Below are positions 15,534-25,798 of a stretch of 52,284 bases of DNA, piece after piece. This DNA is from a virus (taxonomy: Duplodnaviria; Caudoviricetes), in IMG/VR virus record IMGVR_UViG_3300015050_001030, positions 1 to 52,284 of that record. One strand, 5' to 3'. A model generated the notes under the pieces. The model worked only from the letters and a program-made list of their open reading frames with translations. It was not told where the DNA came from and did not search any database. Every line of letters begins with the position of its first letter. Positions within the stretch are counted from its first letter, which is position 1. Both the position numbers and the translations under genes were made by a program.

Positions 15534-16070
15534 GTGATTGTTGACGACCCAAGGTTTAGGAAGAATGAAAAGGGACGCTGGGCAGGTGGCGGTCTGGTTC
15601 TTGAGCTTAACAAAGGCTTAAGGGAGACTGAACCTATCTACACACTGCAAGACTACGACATTACTGTCGATGGCAAGTGGTACCCTTCCTTGTACAGGCT
15701 GTACATGGAAATGGAAGATCCTACTGAGTTTGAGTTTGCTAAGAAGTACCTAGGCTCGTACGGTCAGTGGTTGGCTATCTGTCGGATTGCTGAGTTCAAG
15801 CCTTACCACGAACGTTGGCAGAACGAAGTCATCCTTCAGCTCCAGAGCAGGGCGCTTAAGGCTCTAGTTCTAGAATCGCAGTCAGAGTCCAAGAACAGCT
15901 TTGCAGCTAACAAGTTCATTATTGAAAAAGGCTGGATCGAGAAAACCAGCTCAAGGAACAAGGTAGGCCGTCCGTCTAAGGAGGACGTAGCCAGAGCTGC
16001 TAAGATCGAAGTTGCGGACAAGGACAAGATCCTTGAAGATTACAACCGTCTAATTGGAGAAATGAACTGA
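15534..16070 (+). CDS. Terminase small subunit (putative)
   Basis: First late gene, upstream of TerL. The YPSL-x-x-LY…DPTEFEFA…GRPSKE pattern is typical of SIO1-like phages. Confidence 0.7.
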   Translation: MIVDDPRFRKNEKGRWAGGGLVLELNKGLRETEPIYTLQDYDITVDGKWYPSLYRLYMEMEDPTEFEFAKKYLGSYGQWLAICRIAEFKPYHERWQNEVILQLQSRALKALVLESQSESKNSFAANKFIIEKGWIEKTSSRNKVGRPSKEDVARAAKIEVADKDKILEDYNRLIGEMN

Positions 16071-16342
16071 TGGCTGGTAAGAACGGTGACCTGAGAATCA
16101 ACACTGCTACTACGACCCAGGTCAAGTCTGGCCCAGGGGTACTGAAGCGTATTATCGTAACTACACCTGTAACGGCTGAAACGATTGGCCTGATCGACAA
16201 CACCTCTGGTACGACTGTCAACATTGGCACGATTACCAACAGTGGTGGTATCCCTTACTTCCTGGACTTTGATTTGAACTTCACTGCTGGTCTCCGTATC
16301 GTTACCTCCGGTACGTCAGACATCACGGTGATCTACACCTAA
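16070..16342 (+). CDS. Small beta-rich, Thr-rich protein (possible virion component)
   Basis: 90 aa, coupled to both neighbours. Confidence 0.75.
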   Translation: MAGKNGDLRINTATTTQVKSGPGVLKRIIVTTPVTAETIGLIDNTSGTTVNIGTITNSGGIPYFLDFDLNFTAGLRIVTSGTSDITVIYT

Positions 16343-16343
16343 C

Positions 16344-17897
16344 ATGGTCCAAGATAAGAAGGATCTCATTCGGCGACAAGCTGAATCCGACCTAGAGTTC
16401 TTCATCAAGCTTATAACTCCCAACAGGCTGTTAGGCCAGGTACACAAGGATCTCATTCGGTGGTGGACAAGGCCAGAAGCAAAAAGTCACCAGCTCGTTC
16501 TGCTTCCTCGCGACCATCAGAAGAGCGCTATGATTGCGTATCGAGTCGCATGGGAGATTACTCGGAATCCCGCTATTCGCGTGCTCTACATCAGCAGTAC
16601 AGCGAACTTGGCGGAGAAGCAGTTGAAGTTCATCAAAGATCTTCTATCCTCCGACGTATACAGATTCTACTGGCCGGAGATGGTGAATCTTGAAGAGTCG
16701 AAACGAGAGAAGTGGACCGGTGCTGAAATCTCTGTCGACCACCCTAAGAGAAAAGCTGAGTTCATCCGTGACCCCACGGTATTCACTGCAGGACTTACTA
16801 CTGGTATTGTTGGTATGCACTGCGACATCGCTGTTATGGATGACGTGGTTGTCGGGGAGAACGCATACGATGAACCAGGCAGAGATAAGGTTCGTACCCA
16901 AGCAAGCTACCTTGCAAGTATTGCCGGAACAGATTCGTCTGTGTGGGCCGTCGGAACCAGGTACCACCCAAAGGACTTGTATCACGATTTTGCGAACCAA
17001 ATCGTAGAGATCTGGGGAGATGAAGGCGAAATCGAACAGTCTTACAACTTGTGGGAAACCTTCGAAAGGCAAGTTGAAGATCGTGGCGACGGTAGTGGAA
17101 ACTTTCTATGGCCCCGTCAGAAGACCCGGGATGGAAAGTCCTCGTTTGGTTTTGACAAGAAAGAGCTAGCTAAGAAACGTGCACAGTATCATGACAAGAC
17201 CAAGTTTCGTGCTCAGTACTACAACGACCCCAACGATCTATCAACCGCTACAATCACGCCCGATATGTTCCAGTACTATGATAGGGCACATCTTCACAGA
17301 GAAGGTGGAAAGTGGTACGTTAAAGATAAGCGGCTCAATGTTTTTGCTGCTGTGGACTTCGCCTACAGTGACAAGACTGCGGCCGACTTTACAGCCATCG
17401 TGGTCATTGGAGTCGACAGTAAAAACAACATCTACATTCTCGACATTGATCGGTTCAAGACTAACAAGATGTCTGAATACTTTAATCGGATACTTCGGCT
17501 TCACGTTAAGTGGGACTTCAGAAAGATACGAGCAGAGTGTACAGCAGCTCAGCAGGTCATTGTAAAAGATCTCAAGGAATCGTACATACGACCTCACGGA
17601 CTAGCACTCGCAGTTGAAGAGTTCCGTCCTACTTTCAAAGAAGGTTCCAAAGAGGAACGTATCGAAGCTAATCTTCAGCCAAGGTACAGCAATCTTCAAG
17701 TATGGCACTTTGCAGGAGGCAACTGTAGCTTACTTGAAGAAGAACTGATAATGCAGAAGCCAGCTCACGACGACATGAAGGACTGCTTAGCAGCCTGTGT
17801 CGAGATCGCAGTTCCCCCAGCTTTCCAAAGTGGATCGATGGTAAAGGAACGAGCAGACAACAATTTCTTTCATTCACGTTTTGGAGGTGTAGGTTGA
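16344..17897 (+). CDS. terL: Terminase large subunit
   Basis: Walker A-like LPRDHQKS, Walker B IAVMDD, coupling motif GTRY, nuclease AAVDFA and HDD. Confidence 0.93.
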   Translation: MVQDKKDLIRRQAESDLEFFIKLITPNRLLGQVHKDLIRWWTRPEAKSHQLVLLPRDHQKSAMIAYRVAWEITRNPAIRVLYISSTANLAEKQLKFIKDLLSSDVYRFYWPEMVNLEESKREKWTGAEISVDHPKRKAEFIRDPTVFTAGLTTGIVGMHCDIAVMDDVVVGENAYDEPGRDKVRTQASYLASIAGTDSSVWAVGTRYHPKDLYHDFANQIVEIWGDEGEIEQSYNLWETFERQVEDRGDGSGNFLWPRQKTRDGKSSFGFDKKELAKKRAQYHDKTKFRAQYYNDPNDLSTATITPDMFQYYDRAHLHREGGKWYVKDKRLNVFAAVDFAYSDKTAADFTAIVVIGVDSKNNIYILDIDRFKTNKMSEYFNRILRLHVKWDFRKIRAECTAAQQVIVKDLKESYIRPHGLALAVEEFRPTFKEGSKEERIEANLQPRYSNLQVWHFAGGNCSLLEEELIMQKPAHDDMKDCLAACVEIAVPPAFQSGSMVKERADNNFFHSRFGGVG

Positions 17898-18073
17898 AGT
17901 TTGGTTCAGGACACATTGATCGTGTCGATTCAGCAATTCTTTTATACGAAGATATATGTCGAGGAGTTGCTATTCCTTCAGAAGGTATCGGTTTAGAAGA
18001 AGCAAAAGTTCGATGTCTCAAACAAGCTATCAAGCATTTGGAAATTGAACTTCTCTATTATCAAGGATGTTAA
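17894..18073 (+). CDS. Small hypothetical protein (59 aa, MKFGSGHIDRVD…); not in the ORF track
   Basis: TTGA overlap with the terL stop; GGAGG RBS. Confidence 0.55.
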   Translation: MKFGSGHIDRVDSAILLYEDICRGVAIPSEGIGLEEAKVRCLKQAIKHLEIELLYYQGC

Positions 18074-18075
18074 TC

Positions 18076-18393
18076 ATGAAGTCATTTGTAATCGTAGACG
18101 AAGTAAACAAGCGCAACGAACACACTAAGGCAGAACTTAAGAATCGCTTCGTATCTGAAGCTGCTGCACTGTTTGAACAGGTGTACGCCCCAGAGAACGG
18201 CAAAGACGGTGAGTACGTACTTGCTGTTGAAAAGTCGAAGAAGGTTGGCAAGGACGCTAAGGCTATTGAACAGGCTAACACCGTTGGCCCCAGGCCGACA
18301 GCTTACCGTGATGACCTCGTAGCTAAGGCTTCTGACGAAGCTGTAGAAACCGCCAAGGAAGGCGCGAAGGTAGTGAAGAAGGTTACGCGTTAA
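18076..18393 (+). CDS. Hypothetical protein
   Basis: Charged ORF starting MKSFV after AAGGA. Confidence 0.75.
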   Translation: MKSFVIVDEVNKRNEHTKAELKNRFVSEAAALFEQVYAPENGKDGEYVLAVEKSKKVGKDAKAIEQANTVGPRPTAYRDDLVAKASDEAVETAKEGAKVVKKVTR

Positions 18394-18581
18394 TGTACGA
18401 GCTTCTTATCACTGCTTGTCTAATGAACTCCTGCAAGGTGCACAAGTTCCCAGCTAGTGATATGAACACTCCGTACATGTGCATTATGAAAGGCCAGGAA
18501 GTTGCCGCAAAGGAGCTTCCTGGCTGGACTATTAAAGGCTACAAGTGCAAGTTGATTGATAAGGATGTTGCGAAGATATGA
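18393..18581 (+). CDS. Small four-Cys, possibly exported protein
   Basis: MYELLITACL…C…TPYMC…GW-x-I-x-x-Y-x-C resembles small alphaproteobacterial proteins. Confidence 0.65.
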   Translation: MYELLITACLMNSCKVHKFPASDMNTPYMCIMKGQEVAAKELPGWTIKGYKCKLIDKDVAKI

Positions 18582-20422
18582 GCGGTAAGACTTTAGAAAT
18601 CGATACAGTCCTGTCGCCCAACAAGTACGCGGTAGACATTGCCAATCAGTATTTGACGTGGGAGAACTTCCGCCAGGTCAAGATTTCCGAATGGCAGGAA
18701 GTCCAAAGGTACATCTTTGCTACCGATACTACTAAGACATCTAACTCCAAACTTCCTTGGTCAAACAAAACTACTCTGCCTAAGCTTTGCCAGATTCGAG
18801 ACAATTTATTCGCGAATTATATGTCTCGTATGTTTCCTAAAAAGAAGTGGCTACGCTGGGAAGGTGAATCCCAAGTAGACAACTCACGCGAGAAGTGCAA
18901 GGCAATTGAGTCTTACATGATGTGGGCTGTCGACCGTCCTGAGTGGTACGCCACTATGGGCAAGCTCGTCTTGGACTACATCGACTACGGCAATTGCTTT
19001 GCAATGCCTGAGTGGGTTGACAAGCGTAACGCAGCAGAGGATACAGATGAAGCTAATCCGAAGGAACAGAAAGGATACGTCGGTCCCAGTCTCGTCCGTA
19101 TCAGCCCTTTGGACATCGTGTTCAACCCGACTGCCCCGGATTTCGTTTCATCCCCTAAGATTATACGATCCATTATCACGATGGGAGAAGTCAAACAACT
19201 TGTTGACGCCCTTTCTGCTGATGAAGGTGAACAGGCTGACGCGGAAACAATTTGGACTTATATGAATGAAACACGTATGCGAATGGGTGAGTATCCGCCC
19301 GGATCAACTCATACGAAGAATCCCATCTATAACATTTCGGGATTTGATAACTACCAACATTACCTACAATCCAATTACGCTGAGATCCTTACTTTTTACG
19401 GCGACCTTTTCAACGTCGAAGAAGGTAAGCTATACAAGAATCAAATCATAAAGATTATTGACCGTGATCAGATTATCTCCCAGCGAACCAACCCTTCTTA
19501 CTTCGGGCAGTCACCTATACGTCACGTCGGTTGGCGCGTCAGGCCAGACAATCTGTGGGCTATGGGTCCGCTCGACAATTTGGTGGGCATGCAATATCGC
19601 ATCGACCATCTAGAGAACATGAAGTCTGACGTCTTCGATCTTATCGCCTTCCCGCCTATGAAGGTTAAAGGTTACGTAGAAGACTTTGACTGGGAGCCGA
19701 TGGCTCGTATTTACATTGGTGACGACGGTGACGTTGAACAAGTCCAGATGCCAGCACAAGTACTAGAAGCTGACAACCAGATTGCTCAGCTCATTGGTAT
19801 GATGGAAGAGATGGCAGGTGCACCTAAGGAAGCTATGGGATTCCGTACTCCTGGTGAAAAGACTGCATTCGAAGTACAGCGTATTGAAAATGCTGCTAAC
19901 CGTATCTTCGACAACAAGACAGCTCAGTTTGAACGTGATCTAAGCGAGCCTGCTCTCAATGACATGCTTGAACTTGGTCGTCGTAACATGAATCCTACGA
20001 CCGTAAGGATCTTTAATGATCAACTTAAGTTCACGGAGTTCCTCAATCTCACACCAGAGGATATCACGGGTGTGGGTCGTCTCAAGCCTATCGCTGCTCG
20101 GCATTTTGCAGAACAAGCTAATAAGATACAGAACATCAGTCAATTCTTTTCAAGCCCCATTGGCCAAGACCCAGCAGTTTCAACGCATCTGTCTGGTGAA
20201 GGTATCGCACGTATGATCAACGACCTTATGGAATGGGACGAGTACAAGATCTTCCTTCCGTACGTTCGTATCAGCGAAAGTGCCCAGGCACAAGGAATGG
20301 CTGCTCAGCAGCAAGAACAAACGATGATGGAACGAGATACTCCTGCAGGGTTGATGCCAGGTGACCACGATCCTGAGATGGCAATCCCACCGGAGGACAA
20401 CAGTGAAGAACCTACCGCTTAA
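18578..20422 (+). CDS. Portal protein
   Basis: 614 aa following the terminase. Motifs LPKLCQIRDNL, VRISPLDIVF, GFRTPGEKTAFEV. Confidence 0.9.
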   Translation: MSGKTLEIDTVLSPNKYAVDIANQYLTWENFRQVKISEWQEVQRYIFATDTTKTSNSKLPWSNKTTLPKLCQIRDNLFANYMSRMFPKKKWLRWEGESQVDNSREKCKAIESYMMWAVDRPEWYATMGKLVLDYIDYGNCFAMPEWVDKRNAAEDTDEANPKEQKGYVGPSLVRISPLDIVFNPTAPDFVSSPKIIRSIITMGEVKQLVDALSADEGEQADAETIWTYMNETRMRMGEYPPGSTHTKNPIYNISGFDNYQHYLQSNYAEILTFYGDLFNVEEGKLYKNQIIKIIDRDQIISQRTNPSYFGQSPIRHVGWRVRPDNLWAMGPLDNLVGMQYRIDHLENMKSDVFDLIAFPPMKVKGYVEDFDWEPMARIYIGDDGDVEQVQMPAQVLEADNQIAQLIGMMEEMAGAPKEAMGFRTPGEKTAFEVQRIENAANRIFDNKTAQFERDLSEPALNDMLELGRRNMNPTTVRIFNDQLKFTEFLNLTPEDITGVGRLKPIAARHFAEQANKIQNISQFFSSPIGQDPAVSTHLSGEGIARMINDLMEWDEYKIFLPYVRISESAQAQGMAAQQQEQTMMERDTPAGLMPGDHDPEMAIPPEDNSEEPTA

Positions 20423-20666
20423 GTGGTTCGGCAACAAGAGTGGTGAAGAGAAGAAATCTTTTCACCAGCTTATTGCCAGTAACGCTACTAACAAAGTTAT
20501 AATCAAACTACGACAAATGATTGAACAAGACAAATCTGAAATTGAACGATTAGAGATTACCCCAGACGCAATGGACAATGGCAACTGGGCAAACAAGCAA
20601 GCCTATTTCAACGGACAGAAGTACGCAATGAAACAGATCCTAGACCTATTGGAGTTTACAAAGTAA
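20403..20666 (+). CDS. Small helical protein between portal and scaffold
   Basis: GTG start after GGAGG; syntenic position. Confidence 0.75.
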   Translation: MKNLPLKWFGNKSGEEKKSFHQLIASNATNKVIIKLRQMIEQDKSEIERLEITPDAMDNGNWANKQAYFNGQKYAMKQILDLLEFTK

Positions 20667-20667
20667 T

Positions 20668-21393
20668 ATGACAGACCTATTTAACGGTACCCCTCCGACA
20701 GAGGAAACTGCAGAACAAGTACTAGCCCGTATGAAAGATAAGTACGGAGACGAAGCCAAGATCGCTATGGCTAAGGAACACGCCGACCGGCACATTACCC
20801 GACTCGAAGCAGAGAATGCTGGGATGAGGGAAGATTTGAGCAAACGGAAGACGATAGAAGAATTCTACGCAGAGATCAAGCGTGGAGCTCCACAGCCTAA
20901 TACTCCGCCACAATCGGAAGAACGGAACGAGCTGCCTGTCCAATCCAATGACTCGTATAAACCAGAGGACGTAGAGGCTATCGTCTCTAAAGCCCTCAGC
21001 AAAAAAGAACAAGAAGTCAAGGCCCGAAATAACGTAGCTTACGTCGCACAAGAACTGACAAAAGCTTGGGGTCCCAATTACGCAGAGCGACTACAGGGTA
21101 TGCCAAGTAAACTCGGTGTGTCTCAGGAGTATCTGGAGAAGATGGCAGTCGAAAGCCCGCAGATGTTTCTGCTAGCTGTCGTTGGCCAGCAGAGCCCTAA
21201 TCCGGCTCCGAATGTTACTCCTCCTAAAAGCTCTGTGAGCTTTGCTTCCAACAACGCTAACAGTAACGTAAGGAATTACGCTTACTTTGAAAAGCTGCGT
21301 AAGGAAGACAACGCTAATTATTGGTCTCGCAAGGTTCAGAACGAAATGCATCAGGCAGCTATGCAAATGGGAGAAGACTTCTATAAGTCATAA
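20668..21393 (+). CDS. Capsid scaffolding protein
   Basis: Charged coiled-coil with Pro-rich linkers, immediately before the MCP. Confidence 0.8.
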   Translation: MTDLFNGTPPTEETAEQVLARMKDKYGDEAKIAMAKEHADRHITRLEAENAGMREDLSKRKTIEEFYAEIKRGAPQPNTPPQSEERNELPVQSNDSYKPEDVEAIVSKALSKKEQEVKARNNVAYVAQELTKAWGPNYAERLQGMPSKLGVSQEYLEKMAVESPQMFLLAVVGQQSPNPAPNVTPPKSSVSFASNNANSNVRNYAYFEKLRKEDNANYWSRKVQNEMHQAAMQMGEDFYKS

Positions 21394-21404
21394 GGATGAT
21401 ATAG

Positions 21405-22367
21405 ATGTCAGGTTTTACTACAGGCACTAATGCCCATCTTATCCGGTCGCAGCTCTGGAGCCAACAGCTTAAGGAAGTTGTTCTCGACGAGTTGATGGGT
21501 TGGAAGTGGGTTGACATGATCACGGACTTCCCGGATGGTGATACCATTAATATCCCGTCTATCGGTCAGCCGTCGGTTTACAACTACGCTGAAAACATGC
21601 CGATCCAGTACTCTGCAATCGACACTGGTAACTTCCAGTTCTCGATCAACGATTACAAGGCATGGGGTACGTACGTTACGGAGAAGATGAAGCAGGATTC
21701 CATGTACATGGCCCGCGTTCAGGCTTCGTTCGTACCGAAGGCCCAGCGCGCACTGATGGAAGCTATGGAACAGCGTATCCTTGCTGTCGGCCCTGAAGGT
21801 CAGACTGCTTCGGATTCGAACACGATCAACGGTGGCAAGCATCGTATGGTCGCTTCTGGTACCGGCGCTACCCTCACGCTTGAAGACTTTGCTAAGGCCA
21901 AGTTCGCCCTCGACAAAGCTAACATGCCCGCTACGGGTCGTGTTGCTATCGTTGACGCCTCGGTTGAAGCTGAACTCAACAAGCTCACGAACATCGTTAA
22001 CGTGTCGAACAACCCGAACTTCGGTGGCATGATTACGACTGGTTTCGGTTCTAACCTGAACAAGATCAATCGCTCGATCTTTGGCTTTGACATTTACGTG
22101 TCGAACCATCTCAAGCCGATTACGACTTCAGAGACAATCGATACAGTTGCTTCCGGTACTTCGGCAGTTGCTAATATCTTCTTCTCCACCGCTTCGGACC
22201 TGCTTCCGATTGTCGGCCTGATGCGCCAGGCGCCTAAGGTTGACTCGGAATACAACAAGGACCGCCAGCGTGAAGAGTATGTTATTACGGCTCGTTATGG
22301 CTTCAAGCTGTTCCGTCCTGAGAACCTCGTTACGATTCTCTCGGCCACGGATCAGGTTTACGCTTAA
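21405..22367 (+). CDS. Major capsid protein
   Basis: Motifs LWS-x-x-L, DFPDGDTINIPSIG, IFGFDIYVSN and YGFKLFRPE; strongly biased codon use. Confidence 0.92.
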   Translation: MSGFTTGTNAHLIRSQLWSQQLKEVVLDELMGWKWVDMITDFPDGDTINIPSIGQPSVYNYAENMPIQYSAIDTGNFQFSINDYKAWGTYVTEKMKQDSMYMARVQASFVPKAQRALMEAMEQRILAVGPEGQTASDSNTINGGKHRMVASGTGATLTLEDFAKAKFALDKANMPATGRVAIVDASVEAELNKLTNIVNVSNNPNFGGMITTGFGSNLNKINRSIFGFDIYVSNHLKPITTSETIDTVASGTSAVANIFFSTASDLLPIVGLMRQAPKVDSEYNKDRQREEYVITARYGFKLFRPENLVTILSATDQVYA

Positions 22368-22389
22368 TCCATAAAGGAGAAATAATAAT

Positions 22390-22965
22390 ATGGCACTTCA
22401 AGCTCTCCCGACTGGCTACTGGAAGAATTCCGACGGTCTACTTGTCAAGTTTGGCACGACCGAAGGCATTCCCGGTAAAGCTGGTGAATACCGCGATACC
22501 CATCTTGGCGACGCTGTTGTCAACGTGGAAATCGACTACTCGCTCTTCACGGGCGTGACTGCAACGAACGCTGTTATCGTTGACTACGGTGTCAAGCTTC
22601 CGGCTGGCGCTATTATTGACAACATCGTTGTTGTAGCTGACAAGGCCTTTGTAACCAACCCGACTTCTATTGACGTTGGTCTGGTTCGCGAAGACATGTC
22701 TACCACGTACGACGAAGACGGTCTTATTGACGGTCTGCTTCTTGCGACGTTCGACTCTATCGGTGAACGCACTGAACTGATCTCTACAACTGCAACGTAC
22801 CCGGGCGCTCTTTGGAACGCTTCCACTGGTACCGCACTGGCTAACACGGGCTACATCGTAGCTTCGTTCGCTGGCACGGCTCCGACTGTGGGTAACTTGA
22901 AGTTGAAGATTCAGTATCACGTAATCCCGACGAAGGACAACGGTAACAAGTTGGCTGACGTTTAA
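22390..22965 (+). CDS. Putative capsid decoration / minor head protein
   Basis: Follows the MCP, strong AAGGAG RBS, ends at a terminator. Motif LPAGAII. Confidence 0.7.
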   Translation: MALQALPTGYWKNSDGLLVKFGTTEGIPGKAGEYRDTHLGDAVVNVEIDYSLFTGVTATNAVIVDYGVKLPAGAIIDNIVVVADKAFVTNPTSIDVGLVREDMSTTYDEDGLIDGLLLATFDSIGERTELISTTATYPGALWNASTGTALANTGYIVASFAGTAPTVGNLKLKIQYHVIPTKDNGNKLADV

Positions 22966-22972
22966 TAGAACT

Positions 22973-23010
22973 GGGAAGGGGTACTCCAAAAACCCCTTCC
23001 CTTTTTTCTT
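22973..23010 (+). terminator. Rho-independent terminator
   Basis: GGGAAGGGG-loop-CCCCTTCCC followed by T6. Confidence 0.88.
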
Positions 23011-23031
23011 CTTTTATCGAAAGGTATTACA

Positions 23032-23394
23032 ATGGCCGTAGGTACACAATTCATTGTTTCGTGGCTTGGCAAGAAGGGTATGCTTGGGATTCGTCCTGCT
23101 ACCGTGACTGCTGCCGCAGGTGCAGCTACCTTGAACGCTGCAGCAGGTACAGTAACGTCAGAATCCCTGACGACTGCTGGTGCTGCTGAATACACGCTTA
23201 CACTGACGAACAGCATGGCTCGTCTTGGTGACCACGTTAACTGGTCTGTTGATCCGTTGTCGTCTGCCGGTACTCCCGGTCAGGGCGGCTGTAAGATCAC
23301 TAACGGTACGATGGTGTTCACTGTGACGAACTTGAGCGGTTCAGCATTTGATGGCCCAATTGCTATCAAGTACATGCTCATCCGCGCTGCTTAA
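23032..23394 (+). CDS. Small Ala/Thr/Gly-rich virion protein
   Basis: Composition and position. Confidence 0.7.
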   Translation: MAVGTQFIVSWLGKKGMLGIRPATVTAAAGAATLNAAAGTVTSESLTTAGAAEYTLTLTNSMARLGDHVNWSVDPLSSAGTPGQGGCKITNGTMVFTVTNLSGSAFDGPIAIKYMLIRAA

Positions 23395-23411
23395 GGTTAC
23401 GAGGGGATCTG

Positions 23412-25079
23412 ATGGCTAAAATAACTTTACAAGACGTAGTTACTCTTGACGGTATCACTGCTGCAATTAACAACAACAACGATGCCATTGAAGTAGCTAT
23501 TGAGAAGACGCTGAGTCGTGACGGGACAAGTCCCAACGCGATGGAAGTGGACTTCGACATGAATGGAAATCAGATCCTCAACCTTCCCCTTGCTGTAGAT
23601 CCGACAGATCCAGTAAGGTTGCAGGACATGGAAGACTATTTTGACTCTTTACCAGAAGGCCCACAGGGTCCACAAGGAAATCCTGGTACTAATGGTACAG
23701 ACGGACGTTCTTTTGTTTTTCGAGGTGCTTACAGTGGTGTAACTGCCTACGTAGTTGACGATACTGTCTTAGACAACGGTAGTACTTGGATTAACATCCT
23801 TGCTAGTACTGGTGTATCTCCTCCGACGTTACCTACTACTAGCAATGCTAACTGGGTGTTAATGGCTGCCAAGGGCACCGACGGCGTTGGCACAGGTGAT
23901 GTGACAGGACCAGTAGCTAGTGTAGACAACGAAATTGCTCTGTTCAGCGGAACAGGCGGTAAGACAATTAAAAGAGCAACCACCACGGGTTTGCTCAAAG
24001 CAGCTAGTGGTGTTATCGCCCAAGCTGTTGCAGGAACAGATTATTATAATCCAGGTGGCACAGACGTAGCCCTTGCTGACGGCGGCACTGGTGCATCTCT
24101 TGTTGACCCCAACGCTGACCGCATCTTATTTTGGGACGACAGTGCTGGTGCTGTAACCTGGCTTACCCCAGGCACCAACCTCAGCATTAGTGGAACTACA
24201 CTGAACGCCGCAGGAGGCTCTGCCTCTGTATCGCAGAAGTTTACTGCTACTGGAACGTACACAAGAAGTGCTGGCTGTGTATCAGTAGATATTATGTGCT
24301 TAGGTGCCGGTGGTGGTAGCTCTGGTTGTACTGGTGTAACTAGCAACGCCGCTCTGTGTAACCCTGGTGCTGCTGGTGCAGAATCTATTCTTCATCTGGC
24401 TTTTACCCAGAGAACAATCACTGGCGCTACGCAGGCTAACCCTGCTGTCATAACATCAAACAGCCACGGCTTCCAGAACGGCGATGTTGTTCAAATCAAC
24501 AGCGTTGTCGGAATGACCAACCTCAACGGTAACAACTACACCGTTGCGAACCGCGCAGCTAATACATTTGAACTCTCGGGTACAAACTCCACTGGTTACG
24601 GTGCTTATGTCAGCGGTGGTACGATTGACCTAGTCTCTGTGCCGGTAACTATAGGTGCTGGTGGTACCGCTGGTACAGCCGCTCCTACTGCAGGTGGCAC
24701 AGGAGGCACGACATCATTCGGCGGCTATTGTAACTCAACTGGTGGTGCAGGTGGTCCTAATGCCAGTATAGCCACAGCGGGAACAACAGCAGTATCTACT
24801 GGAACGGCTCTAGGTGGAACAGCCACAGGCGGTGATCTCAACATCCCTGGTCAGCCTCCGTCTCGTGGTTGGCGTGACAGTGGTACGGCAGTGATGATGA
24901 GCAACATTGGTGGGCACTCTCGTTACGGAGTAGGTGGTACTACAGCAATCGGTTCCGACAGTCAAGCTGGACAAGGCTATGGCTCTGGAGCTGGTGGTGG
25001 TGGTACGACAAGCTCGACATCGTACCTAGGTGCAATTGGTGCTCCTGGACTGTGCCTTGTAGTGGAGAACTTCTTCTAA
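23412..25079 (+). CDS. Tail fibre 1 (anchor, collagen-like GPQ, Gly-rich C-domain with inserted beta-barrel)
   Basis: LSRDGTSPNAM-x-x-DFDM anchor and GPQGPQG. An ITGATQANPAVIT…HGF-x-NGD-x-V module is inserted in a Gly-rich domain. Confidence 0.85.
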   Translation: MAKITLQDVVTLDGITAAINNNNDAIEVAIEKTLSRDGTSPNAMEVDFDMNGNQILNLPLAVDPTDPVRLQDMEDYFDSLPEGPQGPQGNPGTNGTDGRSFVFRGAYSGVTAYVVDDTVLDNGSTWINILASTGVSPPTLPTTSNANWVLMAAKGTDGVGTGDVTGPVASVDNEIALFSGTGGKTIKRATTTGLLKAASGVIAQAVAGTDYYNPGGTDVALADGGTGASLVDPNADRILFWDDSAGAVTWLTPGTNLSISGTTLNAAGGSASVSQKFTATGTYTRSAGCVSVDIMCLGAGGGSSGCTGVTSNAALCNPGAAGAESILHLAFTQRTITGATQANPAVITSNSHGFQNGDVVQINSVVGMTNLNGNNYTVANRAANTFELSGTNSTGYGAYVSGGTIDLVSVPVTIGAGGTAGTAAPTAGGTGGTTSFGGYCNSTGGAGGPNASIATAGTTAVSTGTALGGTATGGDLNIPGQPPSRGWRDSGTAVMMSNIGGHSRYGVGGTTAIGSDSQAGQGYGSGAGGGGTTSSTSYLGAIGAPGLCLVVENFF

Positions 25080-25792
25080 TGGCAAAGCTGGTCCTTTCTA
25101 TTGGGGGCAGCAACTCTATTGGTCGTGGTCCAGGTGGTCCGGCTATGAACAGCGCCTCATCTCTAGTTACAGTGTGGAACAATGTGCAGGAAGCCGGTAC
25201 TAACGGCACTGCTTGGATCTCTCCACCTGTTGCCGGTAATGCTCCGTGGGATCCTTCTGGTGCACTAGGGAATAACTTCGCACTGTGGTTCTGTCATCGC
25301 CTTGCCCTTGAAACAGGTGAAACTGTACGCCTGCTTCTGGTGGGCCGTGGTAACGCAAGCGACGTAGAGTTTACAAAAGGCGGTGCCCTATACACCGAAC
25401 TAGCCGATGTGTGGACAGCAGCAGCCCCCGGAGTCCCCGCTGATATACTGTTAACAGGTATTGTTACTACTGCCAACGAAAGTCTGTATCCTACAAAGTA
25501 TCTTCAGATGCGCACAGATATGATTGCTGATGGATACCTTAGAAGTGGTGCACCATCAATTGTCTGTGGTGCTGTCGTAACTGATGACACATTCCTGTCG
25601 AACATGGCTGCAGCTAATCCCTCTATTATGAGATTCGCTCCTGTCACAACACTGAATATCATGCCAGATGGAGATCACTTCACAGGGCCTAGTTTATACC
25701 AGTGGGGCTACGATGTGATGTGGCGTGCGTATTCAGGGTTCATAGGACCAAGAACTATCGCAGGAAACGCACTCAGATTTATTAAAAGATAA
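25079..25792 (+). CDS. SGNH-hydrolase / sialate O-acetylesterase-like protein
   Basis: Block I GGSN (variant of GQSN) and C-terminal DGDH; TAATG coupling to fibre 1. Confidence 0.7.
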   Translation: MAKLVLSIGGSNSIGRGPGGPAMNSASSLVTVWNNVQEAGTNGTAWISPPVAGNAPWDPSGALGNNFALWFCHRLALETGETVRLLLVGRGNASDVEFTKGGALYTELADVWTAAAPGVPADILLTGIVTTANESLYPTKYLQMRTDMIADGYLRSGAPSIVCGAVVTDDTFLSNMAAANPSIMRFAPVTTLNIMPDGDHFTGPSLYQWGYDVMWRAYSGFIGPRTIAGNALRFIKR

Positions 25793-25798
25793 GGGATT

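Noticed and set aside
21408-22989. Long antisense ORFs over the capsid and decoration genes (also 37576-38949)
   Set aside because: Shadow frames produced by biased codon use on the sense strand.
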